The notes under the pieces were generated by a model that was not told where the DNA came from, did not search any database, and saw nothing but the letters and a program-made list of their open reading frames with translations. Positions 13,165-27,257 of a stretch of 64,000 nucleotides of DNA are shown here, one piece after another (the stretch's first letter is position 1; each line of letters opens with the position of its first letter). Position numbers and translations under genes: made by a program. The stretch lies in NCBI RefSeq assembly GCF_009914755.1, contig NC_060934.1; one strand, written 5' to 3'. The DNA is from the human T2T-CHM13v2.0 reference genome, Homo sapiens.

Positions 13165-14859
13165 AGGGCCAAATCAGAAGCTCCAATAGTGGCAGGACAG
13201 GCCAGATTCTAGCTCTGTCCTTAGGAAATACCCTCCATTCCTAAATGTCGTCTTCACTTCCTTGGCATCCTAGAGCTTCCTCAGCCTTTCTCTTTCAACT
13301 CCATGCTGAGTAAAAGGCAGTGCTGAGGCTTTCTTTGGGTCCCCAAATTCATTTATTTCCAGAACTTTCTGGACTTGCAGACATCTCCCCAGTTTCCAGT
13401 GTGTCACAGAGCCTGTCTGAGACATAAGGCTTCTTAGGTCTGACCATACTGTCAGGAACATTGCAGACACCAGCTCTAAGAAGTTAAAATATCCCACCCA
13501 TCATGGCCCTGTTGTCTTTATACAGACCCTCTTCTTGTTTCCTTGCAGAATGAGCTCCATCCTGCCCCACAAAAACTCTAAGCTTTGCTTCCTCCTTGTA
13601 GGGTCAGAATCAGTTTTCCACGTGGCCCCAAATAATGATGAATTCACCCCCTTATTCTGTGCTACTTATCCACAGGTCTGGCTTCCCCACTACGGGGGGC
13701 TGGGGGGAGGACACCAAATATATCAAGCATCTGCCTCCAGGACAGCCAAGCAACTCCTCTCTTCCCTGCCCCTCCTGTTGCAAGTTCACCCTCCTCCTTC
13801 CTTGAGTCTCAGCATTTCCTCCAATCCCACTCCTAGGTTCAGACCCCTCCTCTGTGGGTGCAACCTCTTATCTAGCCTCTAGTTCTATTAGGAAAGCATG
13901 TCTACCCCTTTCTTGCCTTGCTCCATCCCTTCATTTCCATTTCAGAGATCTTTCACATTAGGAAGCATTTGTCATTTCCTAGTTATATTAACTCTTTTCT
14001 GTTGAGGATGTTTTTCAGGCTCTGGAAAGGACAGAGCATCAGCAGGAATCTAGCTTCCTTTCAACCTTGTGCTGTGGTCTGGTGCTTGTAGAGGGAGGAG
14101 GATGAACCCAGCCATCTCCTTGCAGGTGTCCCAGAGTCCCTTGACCAAGTGTCACAACAGATATTTAGATCTGCTATTTTTTGCCACTTCCTATTCAAAC
14201 CAACTCCTTCTTCCTGTATCTCCCAGTACTGTCTTGTCCCTACTTACAGGTGGCTGTGGGGAGTTGAGGAGGATAATGTCTGAGAACAGGCATGATAGGT
14301 GGTGAGCTGTTTGCAAATAGATTATTGGCATTTATCTCATAATGCCTAAAAGATAAAAGGGATGCCACTGATTTGAGTTCTGCTATTAAAATAAAACAAA
14401 AACAAACACTGTATTTCACCTTTCAATGGGTTAAATTACCTTTATCTGGCCTGGCTAGTCCATTTATAATATGAAATGCATTCTGAATTTCCAATCGCTG
14501 ACTTACCATGGATCAATGCCTTAGCATAAGGCTGGTGGAAACTTAGGCTGGAGACAAGGCTGTGGATACAGCCAAGCTTACTCCAAGCCTTCAGCTGTCT
14601 GCAGAGCCTAGGTGGGCATAGACACCCAACACTCCAGGCCCTTTTGACCCCACAGAGCCCTTCAGGACTAGATACGGAGTCCTGGGACTCCAGCCCCCAC
14701 GTTTCTTCCAGGAGCTATGAAACGTATTTGCAGATCATCTAAGAAAGTAGAGGTCTGAAAACTAATATGTGTAAGTGGCCAAATTACATTTCTAGCGGTT
14801 TCTTAAAAAATTGATAATATCTAGTGGTAAAGAAACTGTGAAAAAAATGTGCGTAATCC

Positions 14860-15290
14860 TTCATGGCTACCGGCACCACAAAATGATGCAATCCTTTGGA
14901 GAGTAATACAATAATACAGAACACAAATGTTTAAAGCTGCTCATGTCTTTCACCTTTGCAAGTTGGGAATTTAACCGAAAAAGTAACCTAAATATATCTA
15001 AAATGCATGACAAATATTCTAAATTAAGAGTTGACTCTAAAGTAAACATAAGGTTTAAATATTTACTATTAGGGAAATAACAATAAATTATGATTCATAA
15101 ATGTGATAGCATTTTATGTAACAGATAGTAATATAAAGACTTTACAAAAACACTATATATTTATATATAGACATATATATGAATACTTAAGGAAAGTGGC
15201 AGAAATAATAGGATGAACAGATTATTATTGATAGATACGGTATTATTACTGTTGTGTGTACATGTGAAATGTAATATTCTAAAAGATTGA
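14860..15290 (+). mobile_element. Old L1 (L1M-type) 3' fragment
   Basis: AT-rich, with degenerate L1 3'-region motifs (caatcctttggagagtaat...gttgggaatttaacc). Confidence 0.45.
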
Positions 15291-16989
15291 TCATCACCTA
15301 ATAGAGTGGGATAAGTGATAATTTTCTAAACAAGTGGGTGAAAGTGTTGTGTTTATTTAACCTTGTTTCACAGTTTGTTCTATCATGCATGACACAGACA
15401 ACTAATCCAATCTGCATACCCTGTGTGCCCCTGGCTCCACTGGAGCAGTGCCCTGGCCCATCAACAGGACACAAAGGCCTGGGAGAGCTCTCAGACCTCT
15501 CCAGGACACTGGCTCCCTGATAATACCCAAGCACTTGGGAAAATCTCCTTGACATTTTTGGCCTACTTCTAAACATTTTACTTCATTTCATTCTCCGCTT
15601 TTCCTAAAAGAAAAGTAAACAAACAAACATGGTCCAGACAAAAAAAGAATAGATGCAGGAACTTTAGTGAAAGGAGGAAGAATATCTTGGCATGAGAAAA
15701 AGTCAAAGGCATGTGAGCATCCATCCCTGGGATGCCAGGACAACAGCAGCTAGAGAGACCACCCAGCCTTGTCCCCCAGCAAACACCTTAGCAAGCAGAT
15801 TCCCTTCTCAGTCTACCTGCTCCCTGGGTTGTTGCAAAAGGAAAAAAATTGACATGGTGAGGGAGTCTGGCTCTAACACTTACAGCATCCTCCCTAACAT
15901 TTAGCAGAATATGATTGGCCTCTATTTGCTGGAGGAAGGTTGGGCTCTATAAAAGAAGCCACAAGTGAGCTGATTGGATGACTTGCTTGTGTTCCATGAC
16001 TTCACACTGGCAGTAAAATGAGATGGCATTGCCTTTTGTTGCTCCACTGATTCCACCCCTTTTGGAACTCACTTGGAGCACAACCTTTCAGAGACATCAG
16101 CCTTTAAGGCAAGAACCTCATTACGCTATTCCATTCCATCCTAACTGCTTTGGAAAGGGACAAGCAACCACACTGCTCCCCCCAAATGAGAATGCTGGTG
16201 CTGCAAACATCAGTCAGAAATGCTATCTGAAAGGAAGCACAGAAGGAAGACAGGTGCCTGTAGTGCCAGGTGCAGGGTAGGTGTGGGGCACCCACTGGGT
16301 ACCAAGGCCTTCAGAAACCTGATCCCTTTTTTATCCATATAATACTTCTCGAGGGCAGAAGATTCCACCCCATTTACAGACAAAAAGACTGAGGCTCCAA
16401 AAAATTAAATGACGTGTCCCAAACAAGCCTGAATTATGAACAGTGGAGCCATGTCAACCTGAGTTACATCTGGCTCCAAAGAAGTCTGTGCTGTCTCCTC
16501 TGCCCTGGTTAGACTTATGAAGTATGGACTGGGGAAAATTCACCTACTGTCTTTGCTCTTGGACCACTTCCTAGGGGACATTGCTGGTGACAGACCACAC
16601 ACAAATGGCAATGCCTGTCTTTCCCTAGCTTTAGAAACAAAAGTGTTTCATGGAGTCACTGAAACTCTGGAAGAAGGGAGGACATGGGGTCTGCCCCTTC
16701 TCTGTACATCAGGGACTCTTTGGAAACCTGACACATTCTCATGTACATTCACCATCCATGCAGAGTGCATTTTGCCTCTGCTTGCAGCCACCATTTATCC
16801 TAACGAAGCAGAGTTCAGCCTTTTCAAGCATCCCAAGTCTTAGTTCCTATAGTCACGTTCATTCAATGGCAACACATTACCACATGCAGCCTGAACCCTG
16901 GCTACAGTGTTACCTGTATTATGTATGTACCATGCCAAATTGTAAGATTCAACAGTAAAAACCCAGACCATCTGCAGAGAAAAAGACAA

Positions 16990-17300
16990 TTTTGCAATCG
17001 GCTGGTGGGAGTGTGGCTGGCGTGATATTTCTGGAATGGCAATTTGGTGGGGAGAATTGAATGTTTTTAAAATGTGTACATGCAGCGATTCTACCCGTGG
17101 GATTTATCCTAAGGAATTATTCAATTTTCAAAAAATGTTTGCATAGAGATTTTTTCAGGGCTACACTGTTTAAACTAGTCAGAAGTTGGAAGCAACCTAA
17201 ATGCTCAATAATTGGGAATCAGATAGGTGAATGATAGTATTAGATGGTGGAACATTATGTTACCATTAATATGGTGCTTTAAAAGAGCATTGATTGTTAA
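16990..17300 (+). mobile_element. Old L1 (L1M-type) 3' fragment
   Basis: gctggtgggagtgt...gggatttatcctaaggaa...ttggaagcaacctaaatgctcaataat. Confidence 0.6.
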
Positions 17301-18119
17301 GGGAAATTTCCATGGGAAAAAAAAGAGGCACCCCTGAGCTATGAACCAGCCTGGGTTACTGAGTCCAACTGTATGAGTTTAAATGCTAGCTCCACGCTTG
17401 CTGCCTGTGCAGACAAGTTGTTTAACATCTCTGAGTCTCAGTTCCACTGGATAAACTGGTCCCTACTTCACAGAGTCCTGATGAGGATTAAATTCCTCAA
17501 TATGTGTGATGTGCTCAGGATCTTGCTTGACATATGGTAAACGCTAAATAAATAATAATCTATCTTATATTGTTTAGTGGAAAAAGAACCTGTTACACTA
17601 GAGTATTGACATTGTGACCGCCTCTTAAATTATTATGTAAAACTTTATGTTTGTGAAGAATCAAAAATAAGTGCCAAATACAAGCCATGGTCATCTTTGG
17701 GAGGTGCCATCATGGGTGGCTTTTGTTGGTTTTGAACATCTCTGTGTTGCCTATGTTTCCTGCAGCTCAGCAAGCCTCACCTTTTGTGATTACGGATATC
17801 GAGGCTTGGCCTCCTTCCTTCTGCACAGTGCAGCAGAAAAAGCAGGGTGCCCATTGTCACAGCCCAGCTCTCCAGTGACCCTACTGTCTCAGGGGCTAAG
17901 AATTGTTTCCTAAAAGGAAGGTTGGGAGTGGGAAATTCCCGAAGGCAAAACACTGTACCTGGTACAGCATGAGGGCTCAACGCGAGTTCCGTTTCCTGCT
18001 CCTTCCTTCAGTTCCCAGATGGTCAGGAGATCCATCTGTCAGCTGTGATTGAAGCATTTTTCCTCCACCTACTCCCCTCCTGCCAGTCACTCCCCCACCT
18101 TCACCAAGTCAGCAACACA

Positions 18120-18585
18120 CTCTGTGTGAGTAAGCAGTGTGTGTGCATGAGTGTGTGCATGCAGAAGAGTGTGAGCGTGTGTGTGTGTGCATGAGAATTG
18201 TGTATGTGCATATGTGTAAGTGTGAGGGAGATGTGTGTGTATAGATGTGTCCATGTGGATGCACGTGAGAATGTATGGGTGGGTGAGTGTGTGTGCATTC
18301 AATAATACATGTTAGTGTCTATAGGTATGTATTTATGTGTATGTGTGCATGGGAATGTGTGTGTGTATGGGTGTGTGAGTGTGTGCATGTTGGAATAATA
18401 TATGTGCAGGTATGACTGTGTATGTGTGTGAATGTATGTGAGGATGTGAGAATTATGTGAGTGTGTACATGTGTAAGTGTGAGGGAATGTGTGTGTGTGA
18501 AGGTGTGTGTATATGTATGTGAGAATTGTATAAATGTGTGTAGGTTGATGAGTGTGTTTATGTGTGAGTGTATGAGTATGTGTAT
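18120..18585. repeat. Long degenerate (TG)n tract
   Basis: About 460 bp of interrupted gtgt/gtat/gagt; source of spurious His/Thr- and Cys/Val-rich ORFs. Confidence 0.9.
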
Positions 18586-19387
18586 TATCGTGAGCACCAT
18601 TGCCCCCAGGGAGGCAGCAGAGAAGAGGACTCAGGTACCAAGCTGCTGGAGAACCATGAAGGGTTCAGAAAAAGTGGACCTTCAGCTGGAGATAAAGAGC
18701 CCATCTCTAAAGAGAGAACAATGGAGAAAGGTGATGCAGAATCAAAATGATGTGAGGCTGTGAGGCAGACCATTGGTGGGCCCAGCTAGGAGGTTGTCAG
18801 GAAACCTGCTACCCAAAGAATGAAAGGTAAAGACTTTTTATCCAGATCAGACTCTGGACCAGCAAAAGGAGGCAAACCAGGACAGGCTCAGTCGGGGGAC
18901 AAGAGATTGCAGCTGAACTCTCCACAAATACTGAAAAAGCTGCTTTCCTGAGGGTCCACAGGGTGCAAAGTTAATTTGGCTCCTGGCTGCAGCCCAGAGT
19001 GAATAGAATGGGAGTGGACAATGAGTTGACACAACCAAAGGGGAGCAAGGCCATCTAGCAGTGGGAAGGCCTCTGGCTTGTGTGGCATGCAGAGCACAGA
19101 CATGAGGGCAGCCCTTAGCTTTGTCATGAAAGTCCCAGAGAGGCGGCCCATGACCTGGGCAGGACAACCGAGAAGATGGAGGTGTTCCCAGGCTACAACA
19201 GTAGGACATGGCTCCTGATGGCCAGGCCCCAGGATTTCTGCAAATGATTGCCTGTCTCATCCTGGTATTCCTGTGTCCTAGAGTAACATAGTCAATAGTG
19301 AGGAGGACAGCAGTGGATAGAGAGAATGAGAGTAATTTTGCATCTCAAAAAGGCCACCAATCCCTTTTTTTCCATGAGTTCCTTTTC

Positions 19388-20268
19388 TTTGTTAGAAAAT
19401 TTGTACGAATTTAAAGGGTACAAGTGCAGTTTTGTTGCATGGATGTATTGCATAGTAGTGAAGTCTGGGATTTTATTGTAACCATCACCCAAACAGCCTA
19501 TATTGTACCCTTCATGTAATTTCTCATCCCTTACCCCCATCCCACCCTCCCACCTTTCCAAGTCTCTAATGTCTATTATTCCACACTCGATGTCCAGGTG
19601 TACACATTATTTAGCTCCCACTTAAAAGTGAGAACATGTGGTATTTGATTTTCTGTTTCTGAATTATTTCACTTAAGAGAGTGACCTCCAGTTCCATCCA
19701 CGATACTGCAAAAGACATTATTTTATTTTTGTTAATGGCTGAATAATATTCCTTTGCATAAATATACATATATATCACATTTTCTTTATCCAATCAACAG
19801 ATTGATTTCATATCTTTGCTATTGTGAATAGAGCTGCTATAAACATATAACTACAGTTATCTTTTTGATATAATTTTCTTTGAATAGATACCCAGTAGTG
19901 AGATTGCTGGGTAGTTCTATGTTTAGTTTTTTGGGAAATCTACATACTGTTTTCCATAGAAGTTGTAGTAATTTACACTCCCACCAGCATTGTAGAAGCA
20001 TTCCCTTTTCTCTGCATCCTCACTAACATCTGTTATTTTTTGTCATTTTAATAATAGCCATTCTGACTGGTGTAAGTGATATCTCACTGTCGGTCTAATT
20101 AGCATTTCTCTGATGACTAGTGATGTTGTGCATTTTTTTCATATGCTTGTTGGCCATTTGTATGTCTTTGTTTGAAAAATGTCTACTCATGTCCTTTGCC
20201 CACTTTTTAATGGAGGGACAGATAGCCAGAATTTGTAAGACACTCAAACAACTCAACAACAGCAACAA
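19388..20268 (-). mobile_element. L1 3' end (L1MA/L1PB-like) with short 5' inversion
   Basis: Antisense L1 3'UTR/ORF2 end at 19388-20213 (ttagctcccactt..gtgagaacatgtggtatttg; cctttgcccactttttaatgg), then a sense-oriented adjacent L1 piece at 20214-20268. Confidence 0.88.
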
Positions 20269-20829
20269 TAGCAGAAATGCCTTTTCTCTTATGTTATCTG
20301 CCCTTTGATTTTTTAACTTCCTTTATAGAGTCTTCAATCCCACTTCACAGACAGCACGGCATGGTATGTTGGCAAGAACAAGGGTTTGGAGACAGGTGGA
20401 CCAAGTCTTTCTTTAGCATCCTTGGCCAGCTATCTAAGCCCTCTGAGCTGAATGCCCTCACCTAGAAGACAGGAATAGCATGCCCACCTCACACACTTGT
20501 CACAGGAAAAGACAGTGTGGAAAGTGCCTGGTGCATTGAAGAAACGCAGACAACAACACGTTATTCTCATGGTCATGACAATCATTACCAGCATTACCTT
20601 ACAGCTTAAAGTTTGGATCCTGATAACAACGCGAGTGCCTTGGAATAAATAGCACGTGAAATTGTCCTCAACCATCAGCCTAGTAAATTAGAAAAACTGT
20701 TAGACTAGGCTGGGTCACAGTCTTGGCCCAATTATTCATTTCATATCAATTTATAAAAATGGAAGAGGGGCACAGGTGGTCCTTCAAGTCTTCTCCAGAT
20801 CTGGTATTCTCAAAGTCTATGCTATAGAC

Positions 20830-21018
20830 TAGTGATTCTCAAAGTGTGTTTTCTGGCCAAGCAGCATCAGCTCACTGAAGAACTTATAAGAAATGTAAAT
20901 TATCAGGTCCCATCCCAAGACCCACCAAATAAGAGACTCTTGGAACGAGGTCCAAAATGCTATGTTTTAATAACCTTTACAGGTGATCCTGATGCATGCT
21001 AAAGTCAAGATGTAATGA
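20830..21018. mobile_element. MER5A-like hAT MITE
   Basis: agtgattctcaaagtgtg...agcagcatcagc...aggtgatcctgatgcatgctaaag. Confidence 0.75.
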
Positions 21019-22505
21019 CTTAGACCTCTGGGTCAAATAATTTCTGATCTTCTCTTGAACACAGGTTTATAAAGGGAGATAGTATTAAAGCTCTAGGGTG
21101 TTGAATTGGAGTACTGAATGGAAGAAGGGAAACCATAGAGTTGAGAGACCAAGGCTACTAAAAACAAATTTTAAAGGAAAGTCACACTGAATATCTTCCT
21201 GAAAAGAACTCTACTTTATGCTTTACCAGCTATTCTCTTCCCTTACCATCAATTCTGTTCCCTGAATTTCTTAGAAAGTTCAGGATAAACTTCCATAGTC
21301 CAAATTGTGTACATTTTCCACCCAGGGAAATTGAGGCTCAAAAAGAACCAAGGCCACAGAATTTGCTATTGGCAGAGCTTCAGTTCCTCCTCAGATCTCC
21401 TTGACTGCAAATTGCCTTCCTCTCTGTCACATCAAAAGTTTAATATCAGTAGCCCCAAACAGCCACATTGAGCCCCCTGACCATCCTGTCCTCATGCTGG
21501 TTTTTTCCCCTCTTCTGCTGCCAGATTCTTGTCAAGCTTTTGTTAATGACATCTGCCTCCAGCATCTGACCCTGTGGAGACATTATGGCTGCATTCCCTT
21601 TTGGGGCCTCCAGCACTTTGGGGAGGAATAGTTTTGTTTATTGAGCAAAAAATTGTCCTAGTAAAATAAGGTTTCTTATATTTTCAAGAAAAAAAGAAGC
21701 TGGTTTGGTATAAAGGAAAAAGAAAAGTCCTAAGTTGGAAAAATCAATGCCTCTTTTCTCAAAATCTGCAATTGTACACTATCAACAAAACTAGGGACTA
21801 TAAACAACCTTGTCAGTAGGGCAAAGGGACACATTGATTTTCAATGATTTGTCAAAATTTTAAATTGTCCAAAGACCATGATAAACAATAATCTAATCTG
21901 AGTTATTCCATGGGAAAAATTAAGAATGACCTAAAAGAAAGAGCAAATTGGTGTGCCTGGATACAAAATAGATTACAAAGGGAAAAGAATACAGAATGAA
22001 GAATGCCATCCCAGGAAATTGAAACAACTTAAGAATACATGAATTCAGGTTACACAGATGACAAGCATACATGTGGTCAAATAGCCCATAAAGCACAGGA
22101 AGAGGACTGTGCAGATACTCCCTGTGTGCCATGTAAACACATATGCACACACACACACAAGAATGTAAGCTTGACCATGCATGTCCTGTTTGCTCCCCTA
22201 GCATGATGTCTGGCATAGAGTTGGTGCTAAGTAAATATGTGTAAAGTGATTGAATAAAAGATGAAAGGATGGCAAGTAGAATCTGGGAAGCCAGGAACCT
22301 TGGTCTTGGCTTGACTGAGCTGCTGAATGGGGCACATCCTGTTTGCCCCTCCAGGTCTGCCCTCCACCCTTTTCCACCCTGAAGTCTCTTCCAGAGGCTT
22401 CACGGACAGCATCAATGGGCACCCTTGGCCTCAGTTTCTAAAATTCAAGAATAAATAAAATACTAACAAAACAACAATCATGACAATAAGCACCATTTGT
22501 TCAAG

Positions 22506-22695
22506 CAAATGTTCTCAAATTCAGAAGCCATAAGGATCACCTGGAGGGCATTTTAAAACACAGACTGCTAACCTCCCTGTTGCCCAGCTTCTAATTCTTA
22601 GATCTGGAGTAGAGTCCAAGAAGGTACATTTCTAACAAGTTCCCACATGATGCTGGCGGTGTTGGAACAAGGCCCACCCTTTGAGAACTACACTG
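22506..22695. mobile_element. MER5A-like hAT MITE
   Basis: gttctcaaa...gatcacctggaggg...catttctaacaagttccca...ctttgagaactacactg. Confidence 0.75.
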
Positions 22696-22714
22696 TTAAC
22701 ATATACTTTTTAAG

Positions 22715-23449
<735 letters not shown>

Positions 23450-24033
23450 TAATTTTCCCAAGATCTCACAGCTGGTAAAAGATGGATACGAGAGCCAAAT
23501 CCAGTTCTTTCAGACCCAAATCACATTCTCCATTCACTATGCTATGTTGCCTTTAACGGAGCGTTTGACTTTACTGAAACAAAGTTTGAGACCCATGAAA
23601 CTGTACCCTGAGGCCAAGGTGGCTTTGCTGTCTGAAGCAGCTTCCTCTTAAAGTCTCTTTAGCCATAAAGGGTTGCTGGGAACTGGCAACACGAACTGTG
23701 CTGTGAGGATAGAGAAGCAAAATTGCATGCTATCCCAATTAATATTAACGAACATCCCTTCATGTGCTGGGAGACTGTCTCCAGGGGCTTATGTGGAAGA
23801 GCCTCATCCTCTAACTCCATTTGTGGCTAAGTATTCCTTTATAGCCTTTGCTAAAATGTCAGAGCTCACACAACAGCCTTGGAGCACTTTGAGGAGCTAC
23901 AAAAGAGGTCACATTCTGACCAAAAAGATACAAATAGACTCTCACTCCTCACAGCTGAACAAGCTGTGGGCTCTACCTGTTGGAATTTACAGCTTTGTAA
24001 AGTCAAAAGAACCATAAAAGTTTACTGGTAGAG

Positions 24034-24329
24034 GGCTGGGCGAGGTGGCTCACATCTGTAATCCCAGCACTTTGGGAGGCTGAGGTGGGCGGATCACCTG
24101 AGGTCAGGAGTTCAAGATCAGCCTGACTAACATGGAGAAACCCTGTCTCTACTAAAAACACAAAATTAGCCAGGCGTGGTGGTGCATGCCTATAATCCCA
24201 GCTACTTGGGAGGCTGAGGCAGGAGAATTGCTTGAACCCAGGAGGCGGAGGTGGCGGTGAGCCAAGATTGCACATTGCATGGTAGCCTGGGCAACAAGAG
24301 CGAAACTCCATCTGAAAAAAAAAAAAAAA
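24034..24329 (+). mobile_element. Full-length Alu (AluSp-like)
   Basis: Dimeric Alu with aacatggagaaaccc and caacaagagcgaaactcc diagnostics, A tail, 18-bp TSD at 24016-24033 / 24326-24343. Confidence 0.95.
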
Positions 24330-24391
24330 GTTTACCAGTAGAGGGGCTTTATAGGGGTAGTGGGGGAATTCCTGCACAGCCCTGATGGGGC

Positions 24392-24393
<2 letters not shown>

Positions 24394-24455
<62 letters not shown>
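24394..24455. repeat. Compound microsatellite (CT)19(CA)12
   Basis: Read directly. Confidence 0.97.
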
Positions 24456-24456
<1 letters not shown>

Positions 24457-27187
24457 ACTACAATTTCAAAATATAGGACCCAGAGCAAATCTTAATATCC
24501 TCATGTTGTAGAGTGAGGAGACCTATCAGCTGTTTATTGGAACACCCCATCCCGGTGGAAACCACTACTTCTACTCAAATATGTTTTATCTTATTGATGA
24601 TGACAAGATAATGATGACAATGATAATAACAGTAGTAATAACAAAAAGACACAAAAATGGTAGAAAGAGACAGCTAATTTTCAGGAAAATAATTTAGTTT
24701 TTTGAGTTTTGCATTCCTTATTTGCAAAATGGAAACACGCCACAAAAGGTCCTCAATGGTGAAGATAAAGTGCATAAGCACAATGCCACACATATTAATT
24801 TCTTTGTGAATGTTATTTTCTTCATTTTCTCTTCCCTCTTGCTCCTGAATAAACATTATGCCAATAAAGTGGAAATAAAAATAAGCTAAACAAAAATTGC
24901 CAACAATCTGGCTGACATGATAAATCAAAATTATTTTCATCAGAAATTTCTTCTTGATTTTAATGTAATCAAATAACAAAACAATTCAGTTCAAAATGTA
25001 AAAACTTAAGTCATAAAACCCAAAGCAATAATATTCAATGGAACAAACAGAATGGAATCAGCCCACATTTACAGCCAGCACTAAGGTGAAGCGTATCAGA
25101 CCTGGGTACAAAGCAAATTACAGGGCAGAGGAAATCTGAAAAAAAAAAAAAAAAAAATCAGATTTAAGAGAAGTCAACATCCTCCCACTTCCTCTAATAA
25201 GAAGTTTGAAAATAATCAAGGTTAGCATGGTGGCATGGATATTGGTTTGATTCCAGAGCTTACTCTATCAAATTATAAAAATCGTAAAAGAAAGTAATTG
25301 AAGAATTCATAATGAGATTTGCTTGGCAATGCTCAAAACCCAAAGCAGAATAATTTAATAAGGGAGGCACAGTGGGGGCTTTCCTTGACATTTGGACTGT
25401 ATTATCCCAAACCAATCATCACCAAACAGAATTAAACAGCAAGGAGTTATAAAGGGGCCAACTCAGTCAATTGTATGGCAACTGGCTCTAGTAAGACTGA
25501 CTCTGCCACCCAGGCCCAGGGCAGAGGACCCCCTGCCCTCCCCTGCCCCCTCCTTGCCCTTACTGCAAGTGGACCCCAGCAATTTTGCTGCTCACTCATG
25601 TTTAAGAAAGATGCATATGAATGCTATTTCTATCCACTCTCATTTCTTACTCATTGAACATTTACTTTGATTTTTGAAAGGTTAAGAGACATTGAGTAAG
25701 TGCTTTATCCATGCCTACCTCTGCCCTCAGCCAGCCCTGAGGACAAATAAATAAAAGGCAGGCCTCACTCTAGAGAAGCCCCAAGTCTAGCAGGGCTGTG
25801 ACAGAGCAGGGCACTGAGGGTTGGATGGCATCTGGTGAGGCTGCACTCTGGGATGCACTGTGTGGTAAGGGGAAAGGGAAAGCCCAGGGAAGGCTCAGGA
25901 GACGTTAATGCTTCTGTTATGGCCTGAGGGATAACCAGGAACCAGCCTGGCAGGCAGAGAAAGAGACTGGTGCTCCAAGCAGTGTGGGGGAGCTGAAGTT
26001 TCATTCTGATCACGAGTTCCTTCCATTTCTGCAGACTGTCACGGGGTAACGACAAGGGCGCTGGAGTGAGAAGAGTTCAATACTGACTCAAGCTTGATTG
26101 TCAGCAAGTCCCTTGCCCTCTTGGAACTTCAGTTTCCTCATTAATGAACTGGTTGTGCTGAAGCACAATAGACTTGATGCATAGGAGAAACTTAACCTCA
26201 CACCTGATCCATGCCAGGTTTCTCTCATGGTAGCTGTTGTGATTAAATTAATCTCCTGATTGTCCAAACATTGACATAAGGCCCCAGTGGAGGAAAGGAA
26301 GACCCCGGGTAAAATAAGAAAGGATACAAAAATCTTTTACTTTTGAAATAATATACTGTCCCAAGTCGGTTTTTGTCTTCTCTTCTAACTCAGTTTTAGG
26401 AGGAAAAGTGTCATGTCCACTTTTACATATTAACTGAGTTCAGCACTAGTAAATGAGTTGATGAATAAATGAATGAATAAATGGATAAAAGACAAAATAC
26501 TTCACAGAGTAAATCACTGCAGAAATCTATATTTAAGGAAGAAATTTACATGTCCATCACTTCTGATTATTGAACAACCACAGACCGCTAAACATTCATG
26601 ATCTTATTCAATTTCCCCAATTAGCCACAGTTTATAATGGCAACGCTCAGGAAAAAAAGATTGAAAAGAAAATGATTGCTGTTCCACTGTAGTCCCCAGA
26701 ATTATAAAGCAAAATAAAGCAAAAATACATGCATACACAAATACCTATGTACAAATATAAACAGAAAAAGGAACAAAAAATCACAATGAAAGATATGAGA
26801 AAGTAGAAAAATACTAATTTATTTTTTAAATCTTAAGATAAATCACAAGGAGTTGATGAAAAAAAATCCACTGACAAATAAATATTCTTTTGATCCCAAA
26901 ACTAATAATGTAATTCATTCAAAGCCCTGCTTTTGGTGATATTCAGTAATACTTCATCAAGGGCTTTAAATGTTTATATCCTTTTTGGCACCATAATTCT
27001 ACTTTTGAGAATTAGACCTACAGAAATAAATGTAGTAACTGAAAAACATTAGGCATAAAGATGTTCATTACAATGTTATTTATAACTGTAAATAACTGGA
27101 AATGACCCAAATGGCAATCAAGAAGGGAATGTTTAAATAAAATTTTTACATCAATTTACATCTATTTGATAAAATACTAGTCACTAA

Positions 27188-27257
27188 TTTTTATAAAGTT
27201 TTACCACATTGTCAGAAAAATCTTTTTTATAAAGTTTTACCACATTGTCAGAAAAAT
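27188..27257. repeat. Perfect 34-bp direct repeat x2
   Basis: tttttataaagttttaccacattgtcagaaaaat at 27188 and 27224. Confidence 0.95.

Noticed and set aside
22392-22413. REST/RE1 site
   Set aside because: Only the right half (cacggacagca) matches; the left TTCAGCACC half is absent.
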